Origin: Scyliorhinus canicula
Lineage: Eukaryota
Length of the DNA stretch: 64,000 nucleotides
Direction: 5' to 3'
Assembly (NCBI RefSeq): GCF_902713615.1
Contig: NC_052161.1
Location: 52,146,528-52,210,527 of the forward strand
Notes under the pieces: generated by a model
What the model saw: the letters and a program-made list of their open reading frames with translations, nothing else
Told to the model about the DNA's origin: nothing
Databases searched by the model: none
Program-made: the position numbers and the translations under genes
In this document: piece after piece, positions 23,700 through 36,000 of the stretch
Layout: every line of letters begins with the position of its first letter
Numbering within the stretch: the stretch's first letter is position 1

Positions 23700-26042
23700 T
23701 GTCATGGGAGCGTCCCTTTAAGAAAGGTTTGTGTCTTATCACATGGCTTCAGTGATGTCATTTTGTTGGTGGAGCTGGGCAGTGGCTGTGTGAAGTTTTG
23801 GCTTCACTTTCAGTTTTTGACTGCTGTGGACTACAGACAAGGAGAAAGAAGTGTTTTGGCCTGTCTCTCTCTATTTTCATTTTAATTATCTGTTCCAGTT
23901 AAAAAAAAAACATTGATTTAGTGACCTGCTTTGCTCACTTAAAAGATATAGTTTGCTTTCCAGAAGGGTTTAAACCTGCTAGTGAGATGGGGGTCAGAAT
24001 CTCAGGAAAAGCCAGTCTTCTTCAACTGAGAATGCAGAATGCTGGGCCACGCCCTTGAAAAGGGGTTTTTGGTTTATGGGATTTTGTTTTTGAATTGGAA
24101 CAGTTAAGGGGGAATTCATTAAGTGTTATACATTTATTACTGCAGCTGTGTGGGGTCTTTATGTTTGGAATTAATAAAAATACTTGCTGTTTGTGTGTGT
24201 GTATATATATATAAACAATGTGTTAACTAAGTTCTCAGAATAACGCTTATTTTGATTAAAGTATCCAGGTGACCGTTGAATTACACATAGAACAGTACAG
24301 CACAGAACAGGCCCTTCGGCCCTCGATGTTGTGCCGAGCAATGATCACCCTACTCAAACCCACGTATCCACCCTATACCCGTAACCCAACAACCCCCCCT
24401 TAGCCTTACTTTTTAGGACACTACGGGCAATTTATCATGGCCAATCCACCTAACCCGCACATCTTTGGACTGTGGGAGGAAACCGGAGCACCCGGAGGAA
24501 ACCCACGCACACAGGGGGAGGACGTGCAGACTCCGCACAGACAGTGACCCAGCCGGGAATCGAACCTGGGGCCCTGGAGCTGTGAAGCATTTATGCTAAC
24601 CACCATGCTACCCTGCTGCTGAAGGGAAATTCTTATGTTCATCCTAGCCAAATTCAACAGACAGGTTGTAGGTCAGCTGGACTTCATAATATACTTTGGA
24701 ATTTCTAAGCCCTGTCCCATAACAAAATTGGGGGCTTGTGAGATAAAAGTCTCTCTTTCGTGATTGGGGTTGGCTTTGTGAATGTAAAGACAGTGAGGGG
24801 TGAGCATATTTGTGTTTGCTTTTCAGGTGTTGTATTCAAGTTTAATTAGGGAGTGTGTTGAGGACAATGGCTCGTTCAGAGGCTCCAAAGTTTTTGGGGG
24901 TGGAGAAGGTCACACGCAGTACCTTACAAATGGAGACAAAAAGAAGGCTTTTAGATTTGGCAACAACATTACAGTTAACATTGCCTGACAAAGTACAGAA
25001 AGAAGGGGTAATTGCAGCAGTAGCTGAATATTTAAAATTGCATGAGACACAGTCAGAATCACTGGAAATGGCAAGAATTCAATTACAGATAAATCAGCTT
25101 GAGCATGAAAAAGAATTAAAGGAGCTTGAATTCAAAATGAGGGAACAAGAAAGAATAGCCCTAGCAGAACAAAAAGAAAAGGAGAGACAGGAAAGGGAAA
25201 AAGAACAAATAGCCCGAGCAGAACAAAAAGTGAGAGAAAGTGAGGTACAGATCAGGGAAAAAGAAAAAGAGAGAGAGGAAAAAGAAAAAGAGAGAGACTT
25301 TGAACTTCAGAAACTGGCCATGAAATGTGAACGTTAGTTAAAATTACCGGAGGTAAAGAGAAACTTACAGGCTGAAGATAGTAATGAGGATAGTGAGAAA
25401 GAGCAAGAGCGCCATAGTCGAAGGCTTGGTGGGGATCTATTTAAATATGTCCAAGCATCTCCAAGGTTTGATGAGAAGGATGTAGAAGCCTTTTTCATTT
25501 CATTTGAGAAGGTGGCTAAACAAATGAAATGGCCACAGGACATGTGGATATTACTGATTCAAACAAAGTTGGTAGGTAGAGATGGTGAAGTGTTTGTATC
25601 ACTATCAGAAGGGGTATGAGGAGGTGAAAAAATCCATCTTCAGTGCATATGAACTAGCGCCTGAAGCCTCCAGGCAAAGGTTCAGAAATTTAAGGAAAGC
25701 ATTTGGTCAAACATACATGGAGTTTGAAAGGCTCCGACAGAGTAATTTTGATAGGTGGATAAAGGTTTTGAAAATAGACTAAACGTATGAAGCTCTCAGA
25801 GAAACTATGCTTTTGGAGGAGTTAAAAAATTCAATTCCTGATGTAGTGAGAACTCATGTGAAAGAGCAGAGGGTTAAAACTGCGAGATTAGCAGCTGAAA
25901 TGGCAGGTGATTATGAATTAGTTCATAAATCAAAGTTTGATTTCCGACATCAATATCAGCCTGTGGGGGATAGAAACTGGGCAAAAGAGAAATATTCAAG
26001 TGGTAAAGGTAAAGGGGATCTGATGGGAGATCATAAGGATAG
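23700..26042 (+). mobile_element. Gmr1-like Gypsy 5' part: LTR, tRNA-Pro-like PBS, gag with SCAN-like domain
   Basis: LTR 23700-24724 (TGTCA...TAACA); TGGGGGCTTGT at 24729; gag from ATG 24867 with coiled coil, FDEKDVEAFFISFEKVA...WP, YELAPEASRQRFRNLRK, LLEELKNSIPDVVRTHV; stops and frameshifts present. Confidence 0.85.
24286..24618 (-). mobile_element. V-SINE inside the Gmr1-like LTR
   Basis: Young full copy. Confidence 0.92.
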
Positions 26043-26080
26043 TGTCAGTAATCCCCCCCCCCCCCCCCACAAACATAATA

Positions 26081-26510
26081 GAAACTAAACATAGATTGGA
26101 TAGCCACTTTGTGGAACACCTTCATTTGGTTGCAAGCATGACCCTAAGCTTCCGATCACTTGTCAAGTTAATTCTCCACCCCACTTCCACTCTGTTCTCT
26201 CTGCTGTCACCTCTTACATTGTTCCAAACAGGCTTAACAAACATGCAATGGACAAAATCTCAGATTTTCATTTGGGAATTTTCAGCCTTCCAGATTCCTA
26301 TGGAGTTGAACTCTTTCAGACTGTAACTACAGCACCCATATAGTTTCATTCTTCTGTCCTCGTTTTCATATTTTTTTCTTGGATGGCAACTGTTCATGTT
26401 TCAGCCATTCTCCTCCAGACAGATCCTTTGCTTCTCAACTCGTCACATTACCATCTCCTTTTTCCCTGCACCACCATCCCTTTTCCAATTGAAACCCTCC
26501 TGCCTTCCAC
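26081..26510 (+). mobile_element. Penelope-like element, GIY-YIG C-terminal part (right half of split copy)
   Basis: ETKHRLDSHFVEHLHLV.KHDPKLPITCQVNSPPH, matching the typical ETKRRLGDRFAEHLRSV...LPVACHFNS pattern. Confidence 0.8.
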
Positions 26511-26524
26511 CTTTTCAAAGACCT

Positions 26525-27522
26525 TATGGCCGTTCTTGTGGTGGGATCTTCCGGTTCTGCAGGCGGTGAACCTCTACCACAGGTTTCCCAGCAGTGGGGG
26601 GAGGGAGGGGGGGGGGGGGGGGGGGGAGGAGGGTACATAGAATGGGAAACCAATGTGGGAGTCAGAAAATCCTGCCGCCGACAAATGGTGGGCTGCCTCT
26701 GTTGCCATGAAACACACCACTGCAAGTGGGGGGGGGTATATTTCAGAAAATCCCACCGCGGTAGCCGCCGATTTGATGCCAAAATCGCAATTCTCCATTA
26801 CCTCGACAGTGGCGTAAATACGTTCCAGAACACACGTACAGTAAATACAGTTTGCATATCATTAGCGGGCCTGACCTTGTATTCTCTTGGGCCTCCGCGA
26901 TGATCTGCCTCCGATGGGCCAAGTTCCCGATGATGCAGTTCACTTGTGCTTTTAAAAATCGTGAAGCCAGCGTTGTGGCTGCTGAAGGAGAGAGGGGCAA
27001 CGGAAAAGTGTCCACCACCGCCATAGTTTGCTAACAACTGTGCCACTGACCCAGGGCTTCTGCCAGAGCGAGTTGTGGAGTATAGCCAGGATGTGGGCTG
27101 TGGGGTCGGGATGGACGGGCACGGAACACCATTGCCGCAGCCGGCAAAGCCGCCATGCAGCTGCACACACTGCTGACTGCCCACTGTGAACCTAGGGTTA
27201 CAGGTCATATAGGTGTCCCCCTAAGTGCCCTTTGGCCCCAGCTGACCCATCAGCTGTGTGGATACACTCCAGCACAGCCTTTGCCATCTTGTTGGCTGGG
27301 ATGAGTGTGTGTTGAGATTGTAATGTGTATATGCCTGTCAACCTCCCGAGTGGCAATCATGGACCCGGCAAATACCACACTGTTGCATTCCACATGGTGC
27401 CTATGCTAGCCTCTCCACAGTTGCTGAATTGATCCAGGTTCGGCGCCAGTATTGCTGTCGTGAAAGTCCACAAATGCTGAGTCAGCTTCAACACTTAGTT
27501 TCAAAAATGGAGAATCCCGCCC
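26525..27522. mobile_element. One or two GGGC-terminal non-autonomous DNA elements inserted in the Penelope 3' region
   Basis: Right end GGAGAATCCCGCCC at 27509-27522; left part resembles the short elements at 47411, 48782 and 57748. Confidence 0.6.
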
Positions 27523-27524
27523 CT

Positions 27525-27690
27525 TATCTTTTGATCTTTTGTTCTTCGACTACAACAGAGACCTGCACCATTGCCAAATCTCTGTACTAGCTTAAAACCT
27601 GTTACATCTCTAACTCCTGTCAGTTCTGATGAAAGTTAATCCACCTGGACCATTCACTCATTCATTTTCTGTCTCCCCGGCAGTTGCTGT
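27525..27690 (+). mobile_element. Penelope-like 3' terminal remnant
   Basis: CAGTTCTGATGAAAG...CTGTCTCCCCGGCAGTTGCTG, a decayed version of the terminal motif seen at 20500-20597. Confidence 0.6.
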
Positions 27691-28656
27691 TATTGGAAAC
27701 CTTACTTTAGGCCAGGCTGCTGTCTCAGCAGCTTCACAATAAATAGCACAGCACTACAAAGGAAGATCCTGTATGACAAACATAGAGGAAGTTGATAAGT
27801 TTACTTGGGTCTCCAGAAAACCTTTGACAAGGTCATTCACGTCCATTACTGATAAAAGTAAAATCCTTGGGTAACGAAGCAGAGCTGAATAAGAAACTGT
27901 GCAAGAAAAATAGTGGGAAGAGAACACGCATGAGAGATGTCATGTCATGCTAGAGAGAAGCTGAGTGGAATATCTTTCATATTTATGTGAATGACCTAGT
28001 GGGAGAAAATAAATGATATTGAAATAGAGAGTCCAGAAAGGACAGCTCACATTTTGCAGAAAATTTCAGACCTGTTGCAATTGGGAAGACAAATGCTGAA
28101 CTAGAATTAATCGCCAAATATTACTCATTAGGGAGGAATGAGTCATATAAATATACAACTAAGTTAATAGAATGACTGTAGAGGGATTTAGAAATAGTTG
28201 GCACATCAATTTTGAAATTAAGGCAATGAGGAGTAACTATTATAAAAACAAATTATCCCCTTGTTGTGGTGGAGAGGCTTGAACATTCCATTGATTCTGA
28301 GAGCAATGCCGTCAGAAGTCTTAAACTCCTGGCAGGGTCACCGATGACGGTAAGGTCGGAGGGGAGGAACCAGACAAAGCAAAATACGAAACAAGTCCTC
28401 AATGCTGGATCAGGTGAAGATTTAGTATTAATGGCTGCAGCAGTAGTGGGACCCCCAGTCATCAAGGTTCCCTTGTCACTGGAACTGGACCTACCCTCTG
28501 ACATGGACTGTGTGTCTGTTGATGTGCAACAGCATAGCCACGTTAAAATATGTCCTGCACTCTGGTCTACCCAGAGGCAACCAACACAACCCCCCCCCCC
28601 CCCCCCCCCCCCCCCACAAATAAACAGGCCCTGTGGCGATCGGTAAGAGATTATTT

Positions 28657-28996
28657 GGGCAGCACAGTAGCATAGTGGTTAGCGCAGTTGCTTCACAACT
28701 CCAGGGTCCCAGGTTCGATTCACAGCTTGGGTCACTGTCTGTGTGGAGTCTGCATGTTCTCCCCGTGTGTGCATGGGTTTCCTCCGGGTGCTCCGGTTTC
28801 CTCCCACAGCCCAAAAATTGCAGGTTAGGTGGATTGGCCATTCTAAATTGCCCTTAGTGTCCAAAAGGTTAGGTGGGGTTGCTGGGTTCCGGGGCCAAAG
28901 GGATAGGGTGGAGGCGTGGGGCTTAAGTAGCTCTTTCCAAGGGCTGGTGCAGACTCGATGGGCTGAATGGCCTCCTTCTGCACTGTAAATTCTATG
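28657..28996 (+). mobile_element. V-SINE, CR1-type tail
   Basis: Full copy. Confidence 0.9.
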
Positions 28997-29283
28997 GTTC
29001 GATGATAGGACAGGACCGTAAAATCTGGAAATCCCTAGCTGCAGACTAGCACATATGCGGTGGAGCTTGGCTCACTTGTGTCTTAAGAACAGGTAAGCAT
29101 TTCAACAGCGTTCCTCATGACTGAGCAGCCCTCTTCAAGATCCATTTTGCTCACCCCACATGGGGAAAGGGCTAAAAAAGGTCCCCCTAAAATAGTCTGT
29201 TCCCAACCTGGCTGCAAAACCGAACCCAGCAGGCTCATCTAAATTGTGGTCAGAAAATCAAAGTTAAACGCAATTTTGTAACC

Positions 29284-29516
29284 ATTTAAAAATTATTTTT
29301 TTAGAGTACCCAATTAATTTTTTCCAATTAAGGGGCAATTTAGCGTGTTCAATCCACCTAGCCTGCACATCTTTGGGTTGTGGGGACAAAACGCACGCAA
29401 ACACGGAGAGAATGTGCAAATTCCACACGGACAGTGACCCAGAGCCGGGGTCAAACCTGGGACCTCGGCGACATGAGGCAGCAGTGCTACTCATTGTGCC
29501 ACCGTGCTGTCTTTCT
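29284..29516 (-). mobile_element. V-SINE, A/T-tailed subfamily, 13-bp TSD
   Basis: CAATTTTGTAACC at 29271-29283 and 29517-29529. Confidence 0.92.
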
Positions 29517-30362
29517 CAATTTTGTAACCTTCATGGACAATGAGCAAAACAATTGACTGGAACAGAGAACTGCCCTTGTTGCTCGTGAACTCAGGAACTT
29601 CAACATTGATGTTGCTGCCCTTTAAGAGACTCGAAGAGCGGGCGAAGGACAGCTGAGGGAAGATGGTGGCTGTGACATCTTTTACTGGAGAGGAAATCCG
29701 AGGATCAGCCCAGGATGCATGGAACTCGTCAGCGACTCTCAGAGCTTCTTGTCAGCATCAATGAGCACTTCATCATTCTCCAGCAACAAGTTGCCAAGAT
29801 CCAGCAGTAAATGGTGATGAGAGCCTATGCCCCAACCCTTGATGCCAAAAATGAGTCCAAAGAAAGCTTCTACTCCACCCTGGACACCGTAATCTCAAAC
29901 ATGCCAAAGGAAGATAAGATCATCCTCCTTGGGAACTTCGATACCAGGGTTGGAAAGGACATCCAACTCAGGTAAGGAGCTATCGGAAAGGAAGGAGTTG
30001 GGAATTGCAACTTACACGGGGTCCTCCTGCTCACCAAATATGTCGAACATCAGCTTGTCATCCCTAGCACACTGCTCCACCAAAAAGACAAGTTCAAATC
30101 TTCTTGAAGACATGCACGATCAAAGCACTGGTACTTGATCAACTTCATCAACATCCAATTCAGAGTCCAAAAGAATGTCCTCATCACCAAAGCGATGACC
30201 AGTGCAGATGACTGTTGGACAGATCACTGGCTCATCCATTCCTCTATGTCCTTCAAACTCTTACCAGAAGCAGTGAAAAATGAAGAAATAGCTCAGAAAA
30301 AAAGATTGAAGGAGAGCTCATCAAGGGTAAAGCATAGATCTGAACATCCAACAATTTTTTCA

Positions 30363-30692
30363 GGGCGGCACAATGTTGGCACTGCTGCCTCACAGCGCCA
30401 GAGATTCAGGTTTGATTCTGGTCTTGGGTGACAGTCTGTGTGGAGTTTCCACATTCTGCCATGTCTGGGTGTGTTTCCTCCGGGTGCTCCGGACTCTTCC
30501 CAACGTCCAAAAATGTGCAGATTAGGTTCCTTGGCCATGCTAAATTGCCCCTTGGTGTCCAAAGATGTGCATGTCAGGTGGGGTTATGGAGATAGTGTGG
30601 GTGAGTGGGCCAAGGTAGGATGATCTTTCGGAGGCTGTGCAGAATCGATGGGCTGAATGGCCTCCTTCTGCACTGTAGAAAGATTCCATTCT
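30363..30692 (+). mobile_element. V-SINE inside the RTE element
   Basis: Diverged full copy with CR1-type tail. Confidence 0.85.
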
Positions 30693-31215
30693 AATGGAGG
30701 AAAATTGGAAAGAGCTGAAGACAGCCATCGCCTCACGCTGTAAAGAAACCATCGGCTACAAGACAAGGAAACACAAAGACTGGTTCAACAAGAACGATGA
30801 CACCATCCAAGAGCTTATCAACAAGCCATCCTCCAAAACAAAATAACCAGCAAGGCAAAGAGAAGAGCTCAGCAATCAGCCAAGGCAGAGGTACAAAGAA
30901 GAACTAGGGGAATTAAGAACCAACGGTGGACTGAAAAAGCTGAGAAGCTGCAAATCATCACCAACAAGCACGACAGTCGGGGAACATTCAGTGCCACCAG
31001 GGCAATATATGGACTCAATACCCGAGGCCTCAAACAGATGCGGAGTAAGGATGGAACTGTCTTGAGGGACAGAGAAATATTTGGTCTGCGATGGAAAGAA
31101 CACTTCAAAGAACTCCTAAACCATGATACAACCTTAGATGAGGACATGTTTGAGGAAATCCCCCAACTCCCCATCAAAGATGATCTTGGACTCCCACCGA
31201 GTATGGACAAAGTCG

Positions 31216-31420
31216 AAGTAGGTCTCTTCTGAGCAAGGATGTCCCAGTCATTGCATTTCTTGAAGTAAGCCTAAAGGATGTCTTGGAAGTGCTTCCTTTG
31301 TCCTCCTTTTGTTTACGAGCCTTCCTTGAGCTGGGCAAAGAGAATTTGCTTTGGCAGTCAGGACTGACAACCTGAGCACAAGGCTGGCCCAGCGGAGTTG
31401 TTTTCAGATGACCATGGCTT
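31216..31420 (-). repeat. Inverted copy of 32699-32903
   Basis: Reverse-complement match over about 205 bp with few mismatches by eye. Confidence 0.92.
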
Positions 31421-33092
31421 CAAAGCTGCCATTAAATACATGAATCATGGAAAAGCTACAGGAGTGGATAGGATCCCAGTGGAGATTTTCAAACTTGGAG
31501 GAGAAGAAATCACCCATCATCTCCATCAGCTGTTCCTGAATATCTGGGTCAGAGATGAAATTCCTGCCAGCCTCAGGGCCGCCATCATTGCCACCATCTT
31601 CAAGCATAGAGGCAAACGGCCTGTGGGAACTACCAAAGAATCTCCCTACTTTGGGAAGATCATCGCCTGAATTCTGGTTTGACCACCTTCTCCCAGTCTC
31701 TGAAGAAATCCTTCCAGCAATCCAGTGTGGCTTCCAACCAAACCATGGAACAGCGGATATGATTCTCACTGCTCAGCAGCTTCCAAGAGAAATTCCAGAA
31801 GCAAAATCAATCACTCTACATGGCCTTCATCGATCTGACCACGGCTTTTGACCCAGTCATTTGGGAAGTGCTGTGGAAGACCTTGTCAAAGGCTGGCTGT
31901 CCAGAGAAATTATTCACTATTCTCTGACTCCTCCACCATAAGATATCAGCGACAGTCCTCATCGGTGGAAATAAGACAGAAACGTTCAAGATCAATATTG
32001 GTGTCAAGAAGGGATGTGTTCTCACCCCCACCTTTTCTCCATCTTCATTGCCACCATCCTTCACCTTGTCAAGAACGAGTAGCAGCCCAATGGAGTGGAC
32101 ATCATCAACAGAATGGATGAAAGACTTTCCACCCTCAGCCAATGGGAAGCCAAGAAGAAAATGACACTGACATCTCTGATGGAACTTCAGTATGGGGATA
32201 ACATCGCCATCTCCACCCTCTCAGAAGAGGATCTTCAAGCCATGCGGAAGCAAACCAAAGACTTGGTCTCAGCCTCAACCTCAAGAAGACTCAATTCCTT
32301 TACAAACCCGTTCCAGGGCAAGATCCGGTCTCTTCCTCCATCAAGATCAACGTAGAAACCTACCAAACATGGAACATTTCCCCTACCTGGGGAGCCACCT
32401 CTAATCTGAGGCGAACATAGTTATGGAGATCCAACATCATATCCAATCTACGACCGCTTCCTTTGGATGCCGACGGACAAGAGACTTTGACAACTGTGAC
32501 ATCAATGCTCACACCGAGATTCTTGTCTACAAGACAGTCATCCTCCCTACTCTTCAAAAACTTGAATCATGTATAGAAGCCACCTCAAGTACCTGAAGAG
32601 GTACCATCAACGCTGTCTGAGACGGATTCTTTGCATCAGCTGGGAGGACAGGCAGAGTAACATCAATGTCCTTGAGGGAGTCAAGAGCACCAGCATCAAA
32701 GCCATGGTCTCCTGAAAACAACTCCGCTGGGCCAGCCTTGTGCTCAGGTTGTCAGTCCTGACTGCCAAAGCAAATTTTCTTTGTTCAGCTCAAGGAAGGC
32801 TCGCAAACAAAAGGAGGACAAAGGAAGCACTTCAAAGACATCCTTTAGGCTTACCTCAAGAAATGCAATGACTGGGAGACACTTGCTCAGAAGATACCTA
32901 CTTAGACGAGCCTCCTGATTGAAGGGACACCCGACGGCAAGAAGAGGCCTGATAAAGGAGTCTGAGAAAGGAACACTAGTGATCTAGAGTACAACGACTG
33001 ATCCTACCTCCCATAAACACCTTCCAAGTGTGCAGTCGAAGATGCGGCTCTAGGATCAGGCTCATCAGCCATGCAAGGATCCACTGAACCGT

Positions 33093-36000
33093 ATGAAGTC
33101 ACAGAGAGCCCACACCGATTTGTATCAAAGAAACTTAGGAATATTTACAAGGCTATAATACACAGCTCCCGATAGTGTCCAACCAGGTCATAATGGTATG
33201 CGCCAGACTGGTCGACCATATATACAACATAGATCGAGTTTCCCCTGCCCCTTTAACTAGGGAGCTTGCACTCTGCAAGGGACAAGGGGAGGACAATCAT
33301 TCCCATCCTGTAAGTCCCATGTGGTGGAAGGAACCCTTAAAGGCCGTGGACAAGGAGGATGAAGAGGAGGATGCTGGATTCTCTTTGGTGCAGTTGGAGC
33401 ATCGTGTAGTCGAGGCACCAGGTCTGGTGTCGTAGACAGCGAAGGGGAACGCCATTTCTTACAGAAATGCCGGGGCGGACGGTTGGCTGGTGGCAGCTGC
33501 ACAGTGGAATCTGCACTAGAGTCTTCAGAAGCCTGTGTTTCCACATTGGAATACAAAGAGATGACATCCCGAATGTAGGTGTCAAGACAGCCTCGGGATG
33601 CCACAATGGGATCATCCGATATCGGATCAGGGCGAACCAGGTCAGGTTGTAATAAGAACCATTACAAAGGAGCAGTCTCCATGACCAAAGGTGATCCAGA
33701 TGCCGTTCCATCAGTTGTCCGCGAACTTGAACCTGCTAGAAACCTCCCATCCAATAGAAGATAGTCCCTGTGCGCCATCAGCGAAGTTGCAGATAAATAC
33801 CGTGTCACCAGGTGTGAATTGCCAGGGTGGTTGTCATTGAACAGGGCACGCCCTTGCAGCTCCTGGTTACACTGATATCGGGAAACAGCACAAGGTGGGT
33901 GCGAAGACGTCTGCCCATGGGCATCTTAGCCGGGGCAACCCTATTCACCACATTTGGTGTGGTCCAATAAGAGAATAGGAAATGAGCCAGCCTTGTATCC
34001 ATTGAACCCGAAGTCTGCTTCTGGAACCCCTGTTTAAACATCTGCACGGCTTGCTCTGCCAACCTGTTCGACAACAGGTGGTACGAGGAAGTACGTACAT
34101 GTCAAATCCTGTTGGTCTTCAGGAACGCCAATCACATGTGAAGGAAGCACCATTGTCCGTGAGGATGTCAGGACTGCCATGCGCCAAGAAAGCGATACGC
34201 AGCCACTTAACGGTCGCACAGTGGGCGATTGCCGTCATTTTGTGGACCTCTAACCACTTGGAATGAGCATCTATTAAAAGAAGAAACGTCGAGCCCAGGA
34301 ATGGACTCGCAAGGTCCACGTACACTTGAGCCCAAGGGCAACCTGACCACTTCCAGGGGTAAAAGGGCACGATGAAGGAAGCTTCTGGTGCTCCTGACAG
34401 ACCGAACACTGCTGAGCCATCATCTCGATGTCGGGATCCAAACCCGGCGACATCTTCGTTTTGGACGCCCTGGGTGCATATTTTGAATGTCTTTCAAGAT
34501 GATCGCTTGACCCTTGGCCGGAATACAACCTGTGTGCCCCACAGTAGAACACAACGTTCCACACTCAATTCAGACAACTTTGAGAAGAAGGCCCGTAAGT
34601 TTCTCGGCAGCTGTCGATGTTGGCTACTATATACCGCACCTTGGCAAGAATAGGGTCCATCTGCATCCAGTCGTGGACATGCGATGCAGCGGCCAGCAGG
34701 GAGTCCATGAAATTCAACGCGGCAACCACTTTGTCCAACTGGGGAGGGTGGGGAAGCATTGGCTGGCAAGGGTAGATGGCTCAACACTTCGGTATGTGCA
34801 ATATGGGTACCCAACCGAATGTGTACTCATAAGCAGCCAGCAACAGGGTTCAGCACTGGGTTCGTGCAGAGGCAATGGGTGGAATTGCCTTGTCCTCATA
34901 AAAAAGACCTAACAAGGTATTACACTCCTGTATCATCCTTTATTACACTTCTTTGTATGTTTTGATATACTACCGAGTGTAATATGTGTTACTCAAACCT
35001 TGGTTGCTGATGAGGTTTCCTGAATCTCAATGAAGAAGACTCAAACTTGTCCAGTAGTAACAAAAGGTTTATTGAGTAACTATAACAATAATTGCGTGAG
35101 TTCTTTACTTTAACATTGATACTAGTGATAAGGTTAACTAGATCTGAATACAGTAACTATGCTTAACTACACTAACCATCTGAGCTAATTTATATGCCTG
35201 TCTTGGTCACAGTGCATCCAAAAGAGAGAGAGAGAGAGAGGCACAATGCAGTTGCTTTTATACCCCTGTTGGTCCGGCCCTCTAGTGATCATCTGGTGCT
35301 ACTGATTATACATGAACCTATTATGTACATGCACATACAGAGATCACTACAGGTGTATGCTCTGTAACAACAAAGAAATGGCTGCCATAGACGTATTGAT
35401 TAAACTTTTTCACCCCGAAGACAACGGTCATAACCTCCTTCTCAATTGCACGTTTTTACATTCAGCCACTGCCAGTGTATGAGAGCCAAAAGCGATGGGC
35501 CGCTCCCGGCCATCCGATGGGCCAAGACGGCCCCAATTCCACAAGATGATGCGTCACATTTGCTGATCAAAGGTTTGGCTGGATTATGGTGAGTTAGCAC
35601 TCGGAGGACGACAATCATCTTTTTCACATGCAGAAAAGACACTTTCTGGACAGTGCTCCAACCAGGCCAGGTGTTTCTTAAGGAGCAAATGCAAAGGAGC
35701 CAGCATGGCTGCGAGGTTCGGGACAAATTTCCCGTCATAATTAACCAACCCAAAAAACGAACAAAGTTCTGTGGCGTCCTTCGGGGCGGAGCCATCCCGA
35801 TGGCCGCACTTTCTCAGCAACTCTGTGGAAGCCGTCCCAGACCATCCAGTACCCTAAGTAGACCACCTCCTTCATGTGGAACACACTTCGCATGGCGCAG
35901 GCTGATGCCATATCCTGAGAAGGACTGCCTCAAGGTTCTCCCAATGTTCCTGGTTGGTAGTCCCGGAGATCGGTACGTCATCCAAATACACTGTGATGCA

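Larger units (their letters stand above)
18047..26080 (+). mobile_element. Gypsy element A (K02A2.6-like gag-pol), internally deleted, 5-bp TSD GAAAC
   Basis: 5' LTR 18047-18594 (TGTTAT...ATAACA); gag EPFDENVESWSSYEERF from about 20650; protease MEVDTGATVSLIS at about 22440; RT GVQCYLDDTLIT at about 23610; 3' LTR tail CCCCACAAACATAATA ends at 26080; GAAAC at 18042-18046 and 26081-26085. Confidence 0.85.
29110..33090 (+). mobile_element. RTE-clade (BovB-like) LINE, heavily degraded
   Basis: TALVARELRNFNIDVAAL.ETRRAGEGQLREDGG; AYAPTL; ILLG.FDTRVG; GKATGVDRIPVEIF; GVKKGCVLTP; FPYLGSHL; the 5' boundary is approximate. Confidence 0.85.
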
